Source: the human T2T-CHM13v2.0 reference genome, Homo sapiens | Reading direction: 5' to 3' (one strand) | Length of the DNA stretch: 64,000 nucleotides | Assembly: GCF_009914755.1 (NCBI RefSeq) | Contig: NC_060925.1 | The notes under the pieces: generated by a model | Databases searched by the model: none | Told to the model about the DNA's origin: nothing | The model's input: the letters and a program-made list of their open reading frames with translations, nothing else | Translations under genes and position numbers: made by a program | Shown here: positions 61,558 to 64,000 of the stretch, in pieces | How positions within the stretch are numbered: position 1 is the stretch's first letter | Layout: each line of letters opens with the position of its first letter

Positions 61558-64000
61558 GGAGAGAGGGCAAGATGGCCAACTAGACACAGCCAGGTGGAAG
61601 AGCTGCCACCAAGGGACTGGGTTGACTGGCGCACTCCTAAAAGACCTTCAGAGGGAAGGCACTGAGAATGAACTGGGGGCACGGGGAAGACACAGAAGCT
61701 GGGCTGAAGCGGGAGGCAGCTGGGAACACTGCATGGGGCTACCATGCACTGGGACTTGTTCCTGGCCCCCAACAACTCTGGGGGAATGAGTGAGTTGAAC
61801 TGGCAAGGAGCAACCCACTCTCACCATAGGCCTCTGGAATCCTGGCAGGAGGAGACCCCTTGACCACCACAGACACCCGAGTTGGCAGGGAGAGCTGCTT
61901 AGAGAAGTGGTAGGAGCAGCAAAATAGCTGAAATAGAGCCCAGAGGGTTTGCTGTAGGAGTATGCGTAGCACAACACAGCCAGGGAAGCCCATCTCCCTT
62001 GGCTCAATTTGCACCCATAGGAGACTTTAACCCTAGGGGAACTGTCAGACCTGAACTCTGCATGGTGGTCTTGCATATCAAATGGGGCCAGTCTGATCTG
62101 ACCCTGGCCTCTCCCAGGGTCCCAGCCTGGCCATGCCTGCTTGTAGGGCAGCCTCAGGTCCCCTGGGGGCTCACATCATAACTCCTGTGCTGGCAGATCC
62201 TCTCTGTCCAGTGGACAGCTCCAGCAGGGTGGCCCCCATGGCCACTCACCAGCCCACCTGCTCCCTCCCCACACGGCAGCCTTTCCCCAGATCCAAGGCA
62301 AACCCCCACATCACTTTGCCAGCACATGTGTGCACAGGAAAGTTTTGCCTTCCCTGCCCCAACAGTGCACCTGTGTGCATGCACCCTGACCTGCCACTGC
62401 TGCAGCAGGAGTACACTCCACCCTCACCTCTCCTAACCCAACTGCCATTGCAATTGGAGCCTTGGTGGGCACAGAGCCAGACAGCCCCACCCCCACCAGC
62501 ACCCTGCACTTCTGCAAACACTGCCACAGGAGCGAAACTAGACGTAGAGAACAGTGGACCCTCCCCAACACTGAGTGACCACCCCTGCCTGTGGTACACA
62601 GAGAAAACACACAGACCTGTGCCTGCCAGCACCCTGCCCCCATGCTCACACCACCACCAGCACAACCATGTGCACAGCTGCCATTAGACCCTCCCAACCC
62701 CCACAGCCATGCTGCCTCTGCCACAGTGAATGCACCCATGGAGGCAGGGACCCTGGCACCCACTAGCACCCTGCCAGAGCCATCAAGTATGCACCTCACC
62801 ATACTGCCACTGCTGCTTCTGCAGGCACATGCAACAAGGATGGATCCCACTGCTACCACATTGCAAAATGCTTTGGCTGACACCATCCATCACAGTGTAG
62901 TGCCCAGCAGTCTGGAAGCACCTCAGCACTCCCAGCCCAGTGAATTCCTAACCTCGAGGAGCCAGAGAACAAAGCTGGGGCCTGATACAAGTCCCTCAGA
63001 GTTAGAGCACACACTCCAAGAGTTGGGAGTTGAGCACTGGCCTTCTAAAATCTTCCAGAAATGAAGCCAGTCAGCTGAATCCAGCTTATACCACAATCAA
63101 ACGCTCAAGGTCCTCAAATAGGATAAAAGGGGGAAAAACCAAAAGGTCAGCAACTTCAAAGACTGAAGAAACATCAGCCCACAGAGATGACAAAGAACCA
63201 GTGCAGAAACCTTGACAACTAAAAAGCCAGAGTGCCTTCTTTCCTCCAAATGACCACACCACCTCTCTGGCAAGGGTCCTGAACCACGCTGAGATGGCTG
63301 AAATAACAGAAATATTAATAGAATTAAGAATATAGATAGGAACAGAGATCATCAAGCTTCAGGAGAATGTTGAAACCCAATCCAAGGAAGCTAAGAATCA
63401 CAATAAAATGATACAAGAGCTGACAGACAAAATTAGCCAGTATAGAAAAGAATGTAACTGACCTGATAGAGCTGAAAAACACACTATAAGAATTTCATAA
63501 TGCAAACAAAGTACTAATAGCAGAATAGACCAACCTGAGGAAAGAATCTTGGAGCTTGAAAACTGGCTTTCTGAAATAAGACAGTCAGGAAAGAATAGAG
63601 AAAAAAGAATAAAAAGGAATGAACAAAAGCTCCAAGAAATAGTGGATTATGTAAAGAGACCAAATATATGACTCATTGGTGTCCCTGAAAGAGATGGGGA
63701 GAGTTTAAGTAGCTTGGGAAACGTATTTTAGGATATCATCCATGAGGACTTCCCCAAACTAGCTAGAGACGCCAACATTCAAATTCAAGAAATGCAGAGA
63801 ACCGCAGTAAGATATTTCACAAGAAGATCATCCCCAAGGTACATAATCATTAGATTCTCCAAGGTCAAAAAGAAAGAAAAAATGTTAAAGGCAGAGAAAG
63901 AGAGAAAGGTCAGGTTGCCTACAAAGAGAAGCCCATCAGACTAACAGCAGACCTCTCAGCAGAAACTCTGTAAGCCAGAAAAGATTGAGGGCCAATATTC
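61558..64000 (+). mobile_element. Old primate L1 (L1PA13-16/L1PB-like) 5'UTR and degenerate ORF1, running off the window
   Basis: 5' end gagggcaagatggccaactagac; ORF1p motifs DYVKRPNI*LIGVPERDGE and IQIQEMQRT...IIIRFSKV at 63646-63870, with stops. Confidence 0.9.

Noticed and set aside
62133-63064. Long overlapping ORFs (157-191 aa)
   Set aside because: They lie in the GC-rich 5'UTR of an old L1, where stop-poor composition explains their length.

Overview
Primate (very likely human) genomic DNA that is repeat-dense and intergenic or intronic. I can support no protein-coding gene, tRNA, rRNA or CRISPR array. The supplied ORFs are almost all translations of Alu, L1, LTR or microsatellite sequence. 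Repeats: about 40 Alu/FLAM elements, L1s of several ages (an L1PA2-like 3' fragment, a ~6 kb L1MB, an old L1PA/PB 5'UTR+ORF1), L2/MIR relics, MaLR, ERVL and ERV1 LTRs (a HERV-E LTR2 solo LTR, and an ERV1 5'LTR with a tRNA-Gln PBS), and DNA transposons (MADE1 x2, MER45, MER63, MER20). Beyond routine repeats there are three things of note. (1) Several locally templated insertion scars: 335, 175 and 141 bp blocks copied from 0.4-2.6 kb away into the middle of other repeats, with microhomology or inverted-snippet junctions and no polyA or TSD. (2) An unidentified ~1.1 kb CpG-rich, mRNA-like insert at 5863-6965. (3) A candidate CTCF/STAT regulatory element near 52.8-53.1 kb. I cannot claim a new biological system with confidence. 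Subfamily names are recalled from consensus sequences, boundaries are approximate (about +/-20 bp for old repeats), and identities are hand counts.
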